A stretch of 32,000 nucleotides of DNA from Aliivibrio fischeri ES114 (GTDB taxonomy: Bacteria; Pseudomonadota; Gammaproteobacteria; Enterobacterales; Vibrionaceae): the NCBI RefSeq assembly GCF_000011805.1, contig NC_006840.2. One strand, written 5' to 3'. The notes beneath the pieces are model-generated. The model had not been told where the DNA came from. It saw only the letters and a program-made list of their open reading frames with translations, and did no database searches. Below are positions 1 through 8,229 of this stretch, in pieces. Position 1 is the stretch's first letter; each line of letters begins with the position of its first letter. Made by a program: the position numbers and the translations under genes.

Positions 1-1024
1 TGAAGACAATCAAAATGCTTACTCTTCAGACATTAATGTGTATGAGCTAACGCCACAAAAAGTAGCGGATTACCAAGTTAAGCAAGCATCAGCTCAAGCA
101 AATTTAGAACTTGAAGAGCAAGTGGCAAGTTACGAATACCGTGTTGGTCCTGGTGATATTTTAAACGTCACCATTTGGGACCACCCTGAGTTAACCATTC
201 CTGCTGGTTCATACCGTAGCTCAAGTGAATCAGGTAACTGGGTTCATGCCGATGGCACCATCTTTTACCCTTACATCGGTACGGTAGAAGTGGAAGGCAA
301 AACCGTTCGTGAAATCAGAACGGAAATTGCTCAAAAATTAAGAAAGTTTATTGAAAGCCCACAAGTGGACGTTAACGTAGCGGCGTTTCGTTCTAAAAAA
401 GCTTACGTAACCGGTGAAGTAGATAAACCAGGTCAACAAGCCATTACCAATATTCCATTAACGCTACTTGATGCGGTTAACCGCTCGGGTGGGTTAGGTG
501 AAGATGCAGATTGGCGAAACGTGACATTAACTCGCAATGGCAAAGAAGAAACCTTATCTCTTTATGCTCTAATGCAGCGTGGTGATTTAACTCAAAACCG
601 TTTATTGCAATCTGGCGATATTATTCATGTTCCTCGTAACGACACTCAAAAAGTATTTGTCATGGGTGAAGTGAAAGACCCGAAACTACTTAAAATGGAC
701 CGTTCAGGCATGAGCCTAACCGAAGCGCTAAGCAGTGTTGGTGGCATTAATGAATTATCAGCCGATGCCACAGGGGTTTTTGTTATTCGTTCATCAAGCC
801 CAGATAAAAAACAAGAAAGCATGGCGGATATTTATCAGTTAAATATTAAAGATGCTTCTGCACTTATTATTGGTACTGAGTTTGATTTAAAACCTTACGA
901 TATCGTTTATGTTACTGCTGCACCAATTACTCGTTGGAACCGTTTGATCATGCAACTTATGCCAACCATTACAGGCTTTAATGAGTTGACGGAAGGGGCG
1001 TTACGAGTGAAGAACTGGCCTTAA
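1..1024 (+). CDS. wza: Outer-membrane polysaccharide export lipoprotein Wza (5' end outside window)
   Basis: The frame is open from nt 2 to the TAA at 1022-1024 (nt 2-37 read [12 protein letters not shown] with no stop), so the GTG at 38 in the ORF track is a window-edge artefact. The product is collinear with E. coli Wza as I recall it: YRVGPGDxLNVTxWDHPELTxPAG, PQVDVNxAAFRSxKAYxTGEV, [15 protein letters not shown], and C-terminal APxxRWNR...LxPTI. No signal peptide or lipobox is in the window, which fits truncation. Confidence 0.93.
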   Translation, partial: EDNQNAYSSDINVYELTPQKVADYQVKQASAQANLELEEQVASYEYRVGPGDILNVTIWDHPELTIPAGSYRSSSESGNWVHADGTIFYPYIGTVEVEGKTVREIRTEIAQKLRKFIESPQVDVNVAAFRSKKAYVTGEVDKPGQQAITNIPLTLLDAVNRSGGLGEDADWRNVTLTRNGKEETLSLYALMQRGDLTQNRLLQSGDIIHVPRNDTQKVFVMGEVKDPKLLKMDRSGMSLTEALSSVGGINELSADATGVFVIRSSSPDKKQESMADIYQLNIKDASALIIGTEFDLKPYDIVYVTAAPITRWNRLIMQLMPTITGFNELTEGALRVKNWP

Positions 1025-1032
1025 ATGGTTAA

Positions 1033-1064
1033 AGGGACTAGGAAGAGCAGGGACTAGGGACTGG
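1033..1064. repeat. Purine-rich 'G-arm' repeat (agggactag ga agagc agggactag ggactgg) just after the wza stop
   Basis: Read directly: agggactaggaagagcagggactagggactgg. It is the reverse-complement type of the ctagtccct / ctcgtccct motifs at 1595-1603, 1758-1780, 1864-1872, 2496-2590 and 19945-20005. Confidence 0.85.
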
Positions 1065-1184
1065 TAAAAGCAAAAGCTATAAGAATAATAATAGATTTAA
1101 ATAATTAAGGCTTAAAAAAACAGACCTTAATTAACAATAAAATAATAAGAAACAAAAAAGCACAATAATCACGGATGATTAGGT

Positions 1185-1535
1185 ATGCGATTTAAAGAAC
1201 TGGATGTATGGAAGAGAAGTTTTAAAGTATCGGTTTATATTTGTAAATCAATGAGATCTTGTAAAGATCTTGGCTTTAAAGACCAAATCTGTCGCTCATC
1301 AGTTTCTGTACCATCGAATATCGCAGAAGGATCAGAAAGAGGCTCAAATAAAGATAATATTCGCTTTCTTTTCTATGCAAAAGGCTCGTGCGCAGAGTTA
1401 CTAACTCAAGTTTTACTCGCAACAGAAATTGGCTATTTAAAAAAAGATGAAGTCAGTAATCTGATTATTGAATTAGAAGAAATCAATAAAATGATTGCAG
1501 GCTACATTAGATACTTACAGAGAACTAGGGGCTAG
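1185..1535 (+). CDS. Four-helix-bundle protein (23S rRNA intervening-sequence protein / Avd-like family)
   Basis: 116 aa with family hallmarks as I know them (TIGR02436 / PF05635 type): N-terminal FKELDVWKRS, central RSSVSVPSNIAEGSERGS, then FLFYAKGSCAELLTQVLLA. Size and predicted all-helical character fit. The stop codon TAG (1533-1535) lies inside a CTAG repeat motif. Confidence 0.85.
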   Translation: MRFKELDVWKRSFKVSVYICKSMRSCKDLGFKDQICRSSVSVPSNIAEGSERGSNKDNIRFLFYAKGSCAELLTQVLLATEIGYLKKDEVSNLIIELEEINKMIAGYIRYLQRTRG

Positions 1536-1889
1536 TAAACGCTAGCTTAAAGGGACGAGTATAAGCATTTTAAGCTCTTACTCGCCCCTTAAACCTAGTC
1601 CCTCGACTCTAATCAAAACGGATAGATTGGCTACTATCACGTAAATTGCACTTCAGCACTTACTCGCCTCTAAAGTCTATCCTTTAAGATTAATATTTAA
1701 ACAAGACGGATAGATTGACTCTCCATAGCGCAAATTGCTTCTACGCTTTTGCTCTGTCTAGTCCTTAAAATCTAGTCCCTCATTTCTAATTTCAAAATTC
1801 AAATCAAGACGGATAGGTCTAAACCAGATGTAAGACATTTAAGCTCTTACTCGCCCCTAAAACCTAGTCCCTCGAAACTAATTTAATCC
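1526..1889. repeat. Degenerate repeat region between the four-helix-bundle ORF and wzb
   Basis: A 13/16-bp hairpin pairs agggacgagtataagc (1551-1566) with gctcttactcgcccct (1574-1589). A 47-48 bp direct repeat occurs at 1566-1613 and 1836-1882 (cattt(t)aagctcttactcgcccct.aaacctagtccctcga..ctaat), with about 4 differences. Three units begin with acggatag at 1618, 1706 and 1809 (periods 88 and 103 bp). The region holds 7 CTAG sites. Confidence 0.9.
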
Positions 1890-2330
1890 ATGTTCAATAA
1901 AATCTTAGTTGTCTGTGTCGGTAATATTTGCCGTTCTCCAACAGGCGAGCATATCTTAAAACAACTTCTTCCTAACAAAACTGTGGATTCTGCTGGTGTT
2001 GCGGTTGAAAAAAGTCGCTTAACTGGTAAAGCGGCGGATGCCATGGCTACCGAAGTGGCGGCAGAACATGGCATTAGCCTTGAGTCACATCAAGCACGAC
2101 AACTAACCAGTGACGTTTGCCGAGAATATGACTTAATTCTTGTGATGGAATCTGGTCATAAAGAAGCCGTGACCAATTTAGCGCCAGAAGCACGAAGCAA
2201 AACCATGTTATTTGGTCAATGGATAGGCCAACAAGATATTCCAGATCCATACCGCCAAAGCCGTGAAGCCTTTGACCATGCCTATGGATTAATAGAAAAA
2301 GCAGCTCAAGAGTGGGCGAAAAAGTTATAG
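1890..2330 (+). CDS. wzb: Low-molecular-weight protein-tyrosine phosphatase Wzb
   Basis: 146 aa. The N-terminal P-loop VCVGNICRSPTGE (CX5R-S/T) and the C-terminal DPY motif (IPDPYRQS) are typical LMW-PTP features. It sits between wza and wzc as in group-1 capsule operons. Confidence 0.93.
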   Translation: MFNKILVVCVGNICRSPTGEHILKQLLPNKTVDSAGVAVEKSRLTGKAADAMATEVAAEHGISLESHQARQLTSDVCREYDLILVMESGHKEAVTNLAPEARSKTMLFGQWIGQQDIPDPYRQSREAFDHAYGLIEKAAQEWAKKL

Positions 2331-2614
2331 ATGTGGTTTCGAGGAACTAGGAACGAGAATTTAGGGACGAGTTAAGTTTTAGGTGCTAGGGACGAGAACT
2401 TAGGAATGAGTAATGCTTTTACTGCTCTTACTTATTCCTTGCTCCTAGTCTCTTGCTCTTACTAATCTTTTACTGCTCTTACTCGTCCCTTGAACCTAGT
2501 CCCTAACTCTTATAAATCTTTTACTAGCTCCTAGTCCCTAGCTTTTATAAATCTTTTACTAGCTTCTAGTCCCTAAAAACTAGTCCCTAACTAAAGCAAC
2601 ATATTGGAACGTCC
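2331..2614. repeat. wzb-wzc intercistronic repeat module (purine arm 2341-2412, pyrimidine arm 2416-2592)
   Basis: The left half carries ggaactag, gggacgag (x2), aggtgctag and ggaatgag. The right half carries the complements ctcgtccct and ctagtccct (x4). A local hairpin pairs ggaatgagtaa (2403-2413) with ttacttattcc (2428-2438): 11 bp including one G.U. cttttactgctcttact occurs twice (2416-2432, 2467-2483). A 30-bp unit is duplicated at 2511-2540 and 2546-2575 with 1 mismatch. The region holds 10 CTAG sites. Confidence 0.9.
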
Positions 2615-4777
2615 ATGTCACAAGCAATCAACTCTACCCGTGATACCTCTACCTCTGATGAAATCGATTTAGCAAAACTGTTTGGTCAGCTAATTGATGG
2701 TCGTTGGCTTATTCTTTCTATTACCACTTTATTTGCCATTGCGGGTATTGCGTTCGCACTTTTATCGACACCCATTTATAAAGCCGATGCCCTTGTTCAA
2801 GTAGAGCAAAAAAGCAATGGGGGCATGTCAGCACTTGTGGGCGATATGGGGGAAATGTTCGCCTCTGAATCATCATCAACCACTGAAATTGAGATCATCA
2901 AATCACGTATGATCTTAGGTGATACTGTTGATGCCTTGAACCTAACGACCATCGCCTCTCCACAATACATGCCTATTATTGGCAAAGGGTTATCTCGTTT
3001 AATGGGTGAAGAGAAAGCGATTAAAGTAAGTCGCTTTGATATTCCAAGATACGTAGATAAGCCTAACTTTACTCTAGTTTTAGATAACGCCGAACAAGGC
3101 ACTTATACCTTATTTGATGGACAAGAGCGAAAAATCTTAACAGGTAAAGTGGGTGTACTTGCAGATAAAAACGATTACCGCGTATTTGTTATGCAATTAG
3201 AAGGTAACACGGGCGATGTATTTGATGTGTCTAAAATTTCTCGTTTTGATGCAATTTTAGCACTGCAACAATCTTTATCTATTAGTGAAAAAGGTAAGCA
3301 ATCCGGCGTATTACAGTTTTCTCTAGAAGGTGAAAACAAAGCACAAATAGAAGCGATTATTAACGATGTAAGTCAAAATTACTTCTTACAAAACATTGCC
3401 CGCAACAGTGCAGAAGCTGAGCAAAGTCTTGAATTCTTGCAAGCTCAACTTCCTGCCATTAAAGATAAGCTGACTACTTCAGAAAATGTATTAAACGACT
3501 TTAGATTAGAGCGTAAATCCGTTGATTTAAGCTTAGAAGCTCGCTCAGCATTAGATGTGCTAGTAAAGTTAGAAGCGCAATTAAATGAACTGACTTTTAA
3601 AGAGAGTGAAATTAGCCAACGCTTTACTAAAGATCACCCAGCTTACAAATCATTAATTGATAAACGTAAAGTTTTACTGGCTGAGAAAGATCGTTTAAAC
3701 GGACAAGTGCAAAAGCTGCCAAAAACCCAACGTGAAGTACTGCGTATGCAGCGTGATGTAGAGCTAAACCAAGAGATCTACATTCAGCTACTGAACAAAA
3801 CTCAAGAATTAAACATAGTGAAAGCCGGTACTGTAGGCAACGTGCGTATTTTAGATACCGCGCAGGCTTATACTCATGCAGTAAAACCGAAAAAACCGTT
3901 AATTGTGGTATTAGCAACTTTATTAGGTGGCATGCTAAGTGTGGCAATCGTGCTACTTAAAGCTGCATTCCACCGTGGGGTAGAAAACCCAGATGAGATT
4001 GAAGCCTTAGGTATTCCTGTTTATGCCAGTATTCCAAAATCAAACTGGCAAGAAAAGCTAGATATTCGCTACAACAAAAAGAAAGTGAAACACTTAGAGA
4101 CGTTATTAGCAGAATCAAACCCTGCTGATTTATCCATTGAAGCACTGCGTGGCCTGCGTACCAGTATGCACTTTGCCATGATGGAAGCCAAAAACAACGT
4201 AGTGATGATCACCGGTCCTGCGCCAAACATTGGTAAATCTTTTGTAGCAGTAAACTTTGCTGCGGTTATTGCCAAAACAGGTCAAAAAGTATTGGTTGTG
4301 GATGCCGACATGCGTAAAGGCTATATGCAACGTTACTTTGGTATGAGGTGGGATAATGGTTTATCAGACTACTTATCAGGTAAATTAAGTTTAGAAGAGT
4401 CTATCCAAAAATCAGAAGTACCAAACTTAGATGTACTAACTCGTGGGCAAGTGCCGCCAAACCCATCTGAACTATTAATGACAAAACGTTTTAGTGATTT
4501 TATTGATTGGGCATCAGCTAATTACGATTTAGTGCTGATTGATACACCGCCAGTACTAGCGGTAACTGACCCAAGCATTGTAGGGGCACTAGCTGGCACA
4601 ACATTAATGGTTGGGCGTTTTGACCAAACGTCAGTTAAAGAAATTGATGTAGCAAGGCATAGATTTGAACAAGCAGGGATAGAAGTGAAAGGCTTTATCT
4701 TGAATGCGGTAGAGAAGAAAGCAAGTAGCACATACGGTTATGGTTACTATAACTACAGTTATGATAGCGATAAATAA
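2615..4777 (+). CDS. wzc: Polysaccharide co-polymerase / tyrosine autokinase Wzc (BY-kinase)
   Basis: 720 aa. Two TM segments (LILSITTLFAIAGIAFALL; LIVVLATLLGGMLSVAIVLL) flank a long coiled-coil periplasmic region. The C-terminal kinase has Walker A GPAPNIGKS, Walker A' VLVVDADMRKG, Walker B LVLIDTPP and the tyrosine-rich tail STYGYGYYNYSYDSDK. Confidence 0.95.
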   Translation: MSQAINSTRDTSTSDEIDLAKLFGQLIDGRWLILSITTLFAIAGIAFALLSTPIYKADALVQVEQKSNGGMSALVGDMGEMFASESSSTTEIEIIKSRMILGDTVDALNLTTIASPQYMPIIGKGLSRLMGEEKAIKVSRFDIPRYVDKPNFTLVLDNAEQGTYTLFDGQERKILTGKVGVLADKNDYRVFVMQLEGNTGDVFDVSKISRFDAILALQQSLSISEKGKQSGVLQFSLEGENKAQIEAIINDVSQNYFLQNIARNSAEAEQSLEFLQAQLPAIKDKLTTSENVLNDFRLERKSVDLSLEARSALDVLVKLEAQLNELTFKESEISQRFTKDHPAYKSLIDKRKVLLAEKDRLNGQVQKLPKTQREVLRMQRDVELNQEIYIQLLNKTQELNIVKAGTVGNVRILDTAQAYTHAVKPKKPLIVVLATLLGGMLSVAIVLLKAAFHRGVENPDEIEALGIPVYASIPKSNWQEKLDIRYNKKKVKHLETLLAESNPADLSIEALRGLRTSMHFAMMEAKNNVVMITGPAPNIGKSFVAVNFAAVIAKTGQKVLVVDADMRKGYMQRYFGMRWDNGLSDYLSGKLSLEESIQKSEVPNLDVLTRGQVPPNPSELLMTKRFSDFIDWASANYDLVLIDTPPVLAVTDPSIVGALAGTTLMVGRFDQTSVKEIDVARHRFEQAGIEVKGFILNAVEKKASSTYGYGYYNYSYDSDK

Positions 4778-4858
4778 GCTTATTCATAGTAGATAAAACA
4801 GAAGAAATAATCAATCAATATAACGTTTAACGTTGGCTAAAATTAAAATAGGACAAAC

Positions 4859-5953
4859 ATGAAGATTCTCGTCACAGGTGGTGCAGGTTTTATCGGCTCT
4901 GCAGTTGTTCGTCACATTATCAATAACACACAAGATAGCGTTATTAACTTAGATAAACTGACTTATGCAGGTAATTTGGAATCTTTATCTGATGTTGATT
5001 CAGATGAGCGCTATGTATTTGAACAAGTCGATATTTGTGACGGTGCAGAGTTAGACCGAGTATTTTCAGAGCACAAACCAGATGCAGTAATGCATCTGGC
5101 GGCAGAGTCTCATGTTGACCGCTCTATTGATGGTCCTGCGGCCTTTATTGAAACGAATATTGTAGGTACGTATACCTTACTTGAGGCAACGCGTTCTTAT
5201 TGGAATACCTTATCCGATGATAAAAAACAGGCATTTCGTTTTCACCATATCTCAACCGATGAAGTGTATGGTGATTTAGAAGGAACAGATGACTTGTTTA
5301 CTGAAACAACATCATATGAGCCATCTAGTCCATATTCAGCATCAAAAGCGTCTTCTGACCACCTAGTTCGAGCGTGGTTACGTACTTACGGCTTACCGAC
5401 AATAGTAACGAACTGTTCAAATAACTATGGTCCGTATCATTTTCCTGAAAAACTCATTCCATTAATGATTTTGAATGCCTTAGATGGTAAATCATTACCA
5501 ATTTACGGTAATGGCATGCAAATTCGTGATTGGTTGTTTGTGGAAGACCACGCACGCGCTTTATATAAAGTGGTGACAGAAGGTGTTGTAGGTGAAACCT
5601 ACAACATTGGTGGACACAATGAAAAAGCAAACATTGACGTAGTTAAGACCATTTGCTCATTACTTGAAGAATTAGTGCCGAATAAACCTGAAGGTGTTGC
5701 TCAATACCTTGACTTAATTACTTATGTTACAGACCGCCCAGGTCACGATGTTCGCTATGCCATTGATGCGTCGAAAATTGAGCGTGAATTAGGCTGGAAA
5801 CCAGAAGAAACATTTGAATCTGGTATTAGAAAAACCGTTGAATGGTATTTAGATAACAAACAATGGTGGTCACGCGTGTTAGATGGCTCTTATGCCGGTG
5901 AGCGTTTAGGTGTGTATTCAGAGTCTGCAGTAATTGAAAAGGAGGCTAAATAA
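4859..5953 (+). CDS. rfbB: dTDP-glucose 4,6-dehydratase
   Basis: 364 aa extended SDR: [40 protein letters not shown] (YxxxK), [16 protein letters not shown], DRPGHDxRYAID. These are classic RmlB signatures. It is followed by rmlA with an ATGA-type overlap. Confidence 0.95.
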   Translation: MKILVTGGAGFIGSAVVRHIINNTQDSVINLDKLTYAGNLESLSDVDSDERYVFEQVDICDGAELDRVFSEHKPDAVMHLAAESHVDRSIDGPAAFIETNIVGTYTLLEATRSYWNTLSDDKKQAFRFHHISTDEVYGDLEGTDDLFTETTSYEPSSPYSASKASSDHLVRAWLRTYGLPTIVTNCSNNYGPYHFPEKLIPLMILNALDGKSLPIYGNGMQIRDWLFVEDHARALYKVVTEGVVGETYNIGGHNEKANIDVVKTICSLLEELVPNKPEGVAQYLDLITYVTDRPGHDVRYAIDASKIERELGWKPEETFESGIRKTVEWYLDNKQWWSRVLDGSYAGERLGVYSESAVIEKEAK

Positions 5954-6852
5954 TGAAAGGTATTGTACTTGCTGGTGGCTCCGGTACGCGTTTGTATCCA
6001 CTGACTCGTGGTGTATCAAAACAGCTTTTGCCTATTTACGATAAGCCAATGGTGTTCTACCCAATCTCGACCTTAATGCTTGCGGGTATTAAAGACATTT
6101 TAATTATTACAACACCTGAAGATAATGCTGGCTTTAAGCGTTTGTTGGGTGATGGCTCTGATTTTGGTATTAACCTTGAATATGCTATTCAACCAAGTCC
6201 TGATGGTTTAGCGCAAGCGTTTATTATTGGTGAAGAATTCATTGGTGATGACAGTGTCTGTTTAGTGCTTGGTGATAATATTTTCTATGGTCAGTCTTTT
6301 GGTAGAACCCTACGTAAGGCTGCTGCACGTGATTATGGAGCGTCAGTTTTTGGTTATCATGTAAAAGATCCTGAGCGTTTTGGTGTAGTTGAATTTGATA
6401 AAGATTATAAAGCATTGAGTATCGAAGAGAAGCCTGAAAATCCAAAATCAAATTGGGCTGTTACTGGGTTATATTTTTATGATAACCGTGTAGTGAGCTT
6501 TGCAAAGAAAGTTGAACCGTCTCATCGAGGGGAGCTGGAGATTACATCTATAAATCAGATGTATTTAAATGATGGTTCATTAAATGTTGAGCTATTAGGT
6601 CGTGGTTTTGCGTGGTTAGATACTGGTACTCACGAAAGTTTGCATGAAGCGTCGTCATTTGTTCAAACTATTGAAAATGTACAAGGTTTGAAAGTGGCTT
6701 GCCTTGAAGAAATTGCATGGTCACAAGGGTGGTTAAGTGATGAAAAAGTATATGAAATAGCAAAACCAATGCTTAAGAATGACTATGGGAAATATTTAGT
6801 TTCATTACTGGATAATGAAACGTTACGCAGTTCATTACAGGCGAATAAATAA
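5953..6852 (+). CDS. rfbA: Glucose-1-phosphate thymidylyltransferase
   Basis: 299 aa: [33 protein letters not shown], [18 protein letters not shown]. These are RmlA signatures. Confidence 0.95.
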   Translation: MKGIVLAGGSGTRLYPLTRGVSKQLLPIYDKPMVFYPISTLMLAGIKDILIITTPEDNAGFKRLLGDGSDFGINLEYAIQPSPDGLAQAFIIGEEFIGDDSVCLVLGDNIFYGQSFGRTLRKAAARDYGASVFGYHVKDPERFGVVEFDKDYKALSIEEKPENPKSNWAVTGLYFYDNRVVSFAKKVEPSHRGELEITSINQMYLNDGSLNVELLGRGFAWLDTGTHESLHEASSFVQTIENVQGLKVACLEEIAWSQGWLSDEKVYEIAKPMLKNDYGKYLVSLLDNETLRSSLQANK

Positions 6853-7409
6853 TGGACATAATTAAAACAAAGTTAGCTGATTGTATAATCATTAAGCCTA
6901 AAGTATTTGGTGATGAAAGAGGTTTTTTTTTAGAAACATTTCATTCCCAACGTTATAAAGAAGTCGCCGGTATTAAAGAGCAATTTGTTCAAGATAATCG
7001 GTCTCAATCATCAAAAAATGTTCTTCGTGGGTTACATTTTCAAAAAACTAAGCCTCAAGGAAAATTAGTTACGGTAATTTCGGGTGAAGTGTTTGATGTG
7101 GCAGTTGACCTACGTCCAGAATCGGAAACTTTTGGCCAATATGAAGCGGTAGTATTGAGTGGTGATAATAAACTTCAGTTTTATGTCCCTCCTGGATTTG
7201 CACATGGATTCTGTGTGTTGAGTGAGTCAGCCGATTTTCAATACAAGTGTACTGATTATTATGATCCGGATGATGAGAGTGGCTTGTTGTGGAGTGATCC
7301 TATCATCAATATTCAATGGCCTTTAAAAACTCCTCTTTTATCGGAAAAAGATAAAATTCAACCATTATTGAGTGAAATTGAAGCTAAAATTAAAGAGGGG
7401 TGGGTATAG
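6852..7409 (+). CDS. rfbC: dTDP-4-dehydrorhamnose 3,5-epimerase
   Basis: 185 aa cupin: FGDERGFFxETF, FVQDNxSxSxKNVLRGLHFQ, VAVDLR, PPGFAHGFxVLSE. These are RmlC signatures. It contains a T9 run at 6923-6931. Confidence 0.93.
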   Translation: MDIIKTKLADCIIIKPKVFGDERGFFLETFHSQRYKEVAGIKEQFVQDNRSQSSKNVLRGLHFQKTKPQGKLVTVISGEVFDVAVDLRPESETFGQYEAVVLSGDNKLQFYVPPGFAHGFCVLSESADFQYKCTDYYDPDDESGLLWSDPIINIQWPLKTPLLSEKDKIQPLLSEIEAKIKEGWV

Positions 7410-7410
7410 T

Positions 7411-8226
7411 ATGAGTAAGTTTACTGTCTTTGGTGGGCGAGGATTTATTGGCTCAGAATTTGTAAAAGAGCTTAGAACACAGGGACATGATGTATTTGTT
7501 CCTGAGAGAGAAGACTTAAGTATTTATGAAGATGATTTAGGAACTGTCATTTATAGTGCTGGATATGGCGATTGTCAAAGAGATCAATTTAATGTTCTAA
7601 CTGCAAATGTTATTTTACTTAGTAGTTTATTACAGAAAGCGAAATTTGATAAGTTAGTTTATATATCATCGACACGTGTTTACATGAATCAAAATGAATC
7701 ATCTGAATATTCAGATGTTACTATTTGTAGTAAAGATAATCGCCGTTTGTTTAATTTAACAAAGTTAACAGCTGAAGAGCTGTGTTTAAAAAGCGAGCGG
7801 GAGTGTTTGATTATAAGGCCAAGTAATGTTTACGGTTTAGCATTGAATAGTAATCTATTTTTACCATCGATAATTAGAAATGCAATTAAAAATAAACATA
7901 TAGATATGTATGTTGATAAAAATTACGAAAAAGATTATGTATCTGTTTATGATGTGGTTAGTAGCACATTGAAACTTATTAAGTTCCCACAGGAAGTTAA
8001 TAAAATAATAAATATTTCTAGTGGTGAAAATATATCAGCAAATGACATTGCTCAAGTCTTAATAAATAAAACAGGCTGTAGTATAAAATGGAAACAGACA
8101 TTGAATAACACAGAATGCTTTTCACCTATAGATATTAGTTATTTAAAGTCGCTAATCGATTATAAACCTAGAACGTTAATTAATGATATTAATAATATGG
8201 TTGATAGTTTTATTGAGAGTATTTAA
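7411..8226 (+). CDS. NAD(P)-dependent extended-SDR epimerase/reductase in the rmlD position (atypical; probable nucleotide-sugar 4-reductase)
   Basis: The preferred start is the ATG at 7411 (MSKFTVFGGRGFIGSEF), one nt after the rfbC stop and preceded by gaggggtgg. The track start at 7372 would overlap rfbC. It has a Rossmann GGRGFIGS, ISSTRVY and IRPSNVYG. The expected YxxxK reads F-N-L-T-K (RRLFNLTKLTAEE). It does not resemble canonical RmlD as I recall it. Confidence 0.65.
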   Translation: MSKFTVFGGRGFIGSEFVKELRTQGHDVFVPEREDLSIYEDDLGTVIYSAGYGDCQRDQFNVLTANVILLSSLLQKAKFDKLVYISSTRVYMNQNESSEYSDVTICSKDNRRLFNLTKLTAEELCLKSERECLIIRPSNVYGLALNSNLFLPSIIRNAIKNKHIDMYVDKNYEKDYVSVYDVVSSTLKLIKFPQEVNKIINISSGENISANDIAQVLINKTGCSIKWKQTLNNTECFSPIDISYLKSLIDYKPRTLINDINNMVDSFIESI

Positions 8227-8229
8227 ATT

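Noticed and set aside
1185-1535. Diversity-generating retroelement, because Avd-like four-helix-bundle proteins accompany DGRs
   Set aside because: No reverse transcriptase and no template/variable repeat pair with adenine-specific differences are present anywhere in the 32 kb.
1526-2614. Possible CRISPR array, given many short repeated words separated by unique sequence
   Set aside because: Repeat lengths and spacings are irregular and the repeats are imperfect. Both orientations are mixed, and no cas genes or leader are present. This fits a REP/ERIC/MITE-like family better.
1883-4731. Minus-strand ORFs of 62-106 aa from the track (1883-2074, 2797-3102, 3627-3947, 3957-4145, 4069-4275, 4130-4330, 4522-4731)
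   Set aside because: All lie antisense to wzb/wzc, whose + strand products carry unambiguous family motifs. Their translations are low-complexity with no recognisable motifs or RBS, so they are shadow ORFs.
6923-6931. T9 homopolymer inside rfbC (and A8/T8 runs at about 11451, 30590, 30802 and 31404) as phase-variation tracts
   Set aside because: A/T runs of 8-9 are expected by chance in DNA this AT-rich. The rfbC run encodes the conserved GFFL. No frameshifted remnants are visible. It is worth a glance in population data but is not supported as a switch.
7372-7410. N-terminal extensions given by the ORF track (7372, 9493, 11403, 12376, 21257, 26120 starts)
   Set aside because: In each case a downstream ATG sits next to the upstream gene's stop, has a better Shine-Dalgarno, and begins at the conserved N-terminal motif. 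The extensions overlap the upstream gene and add non-conserved residues. Exact starts remain unverified.
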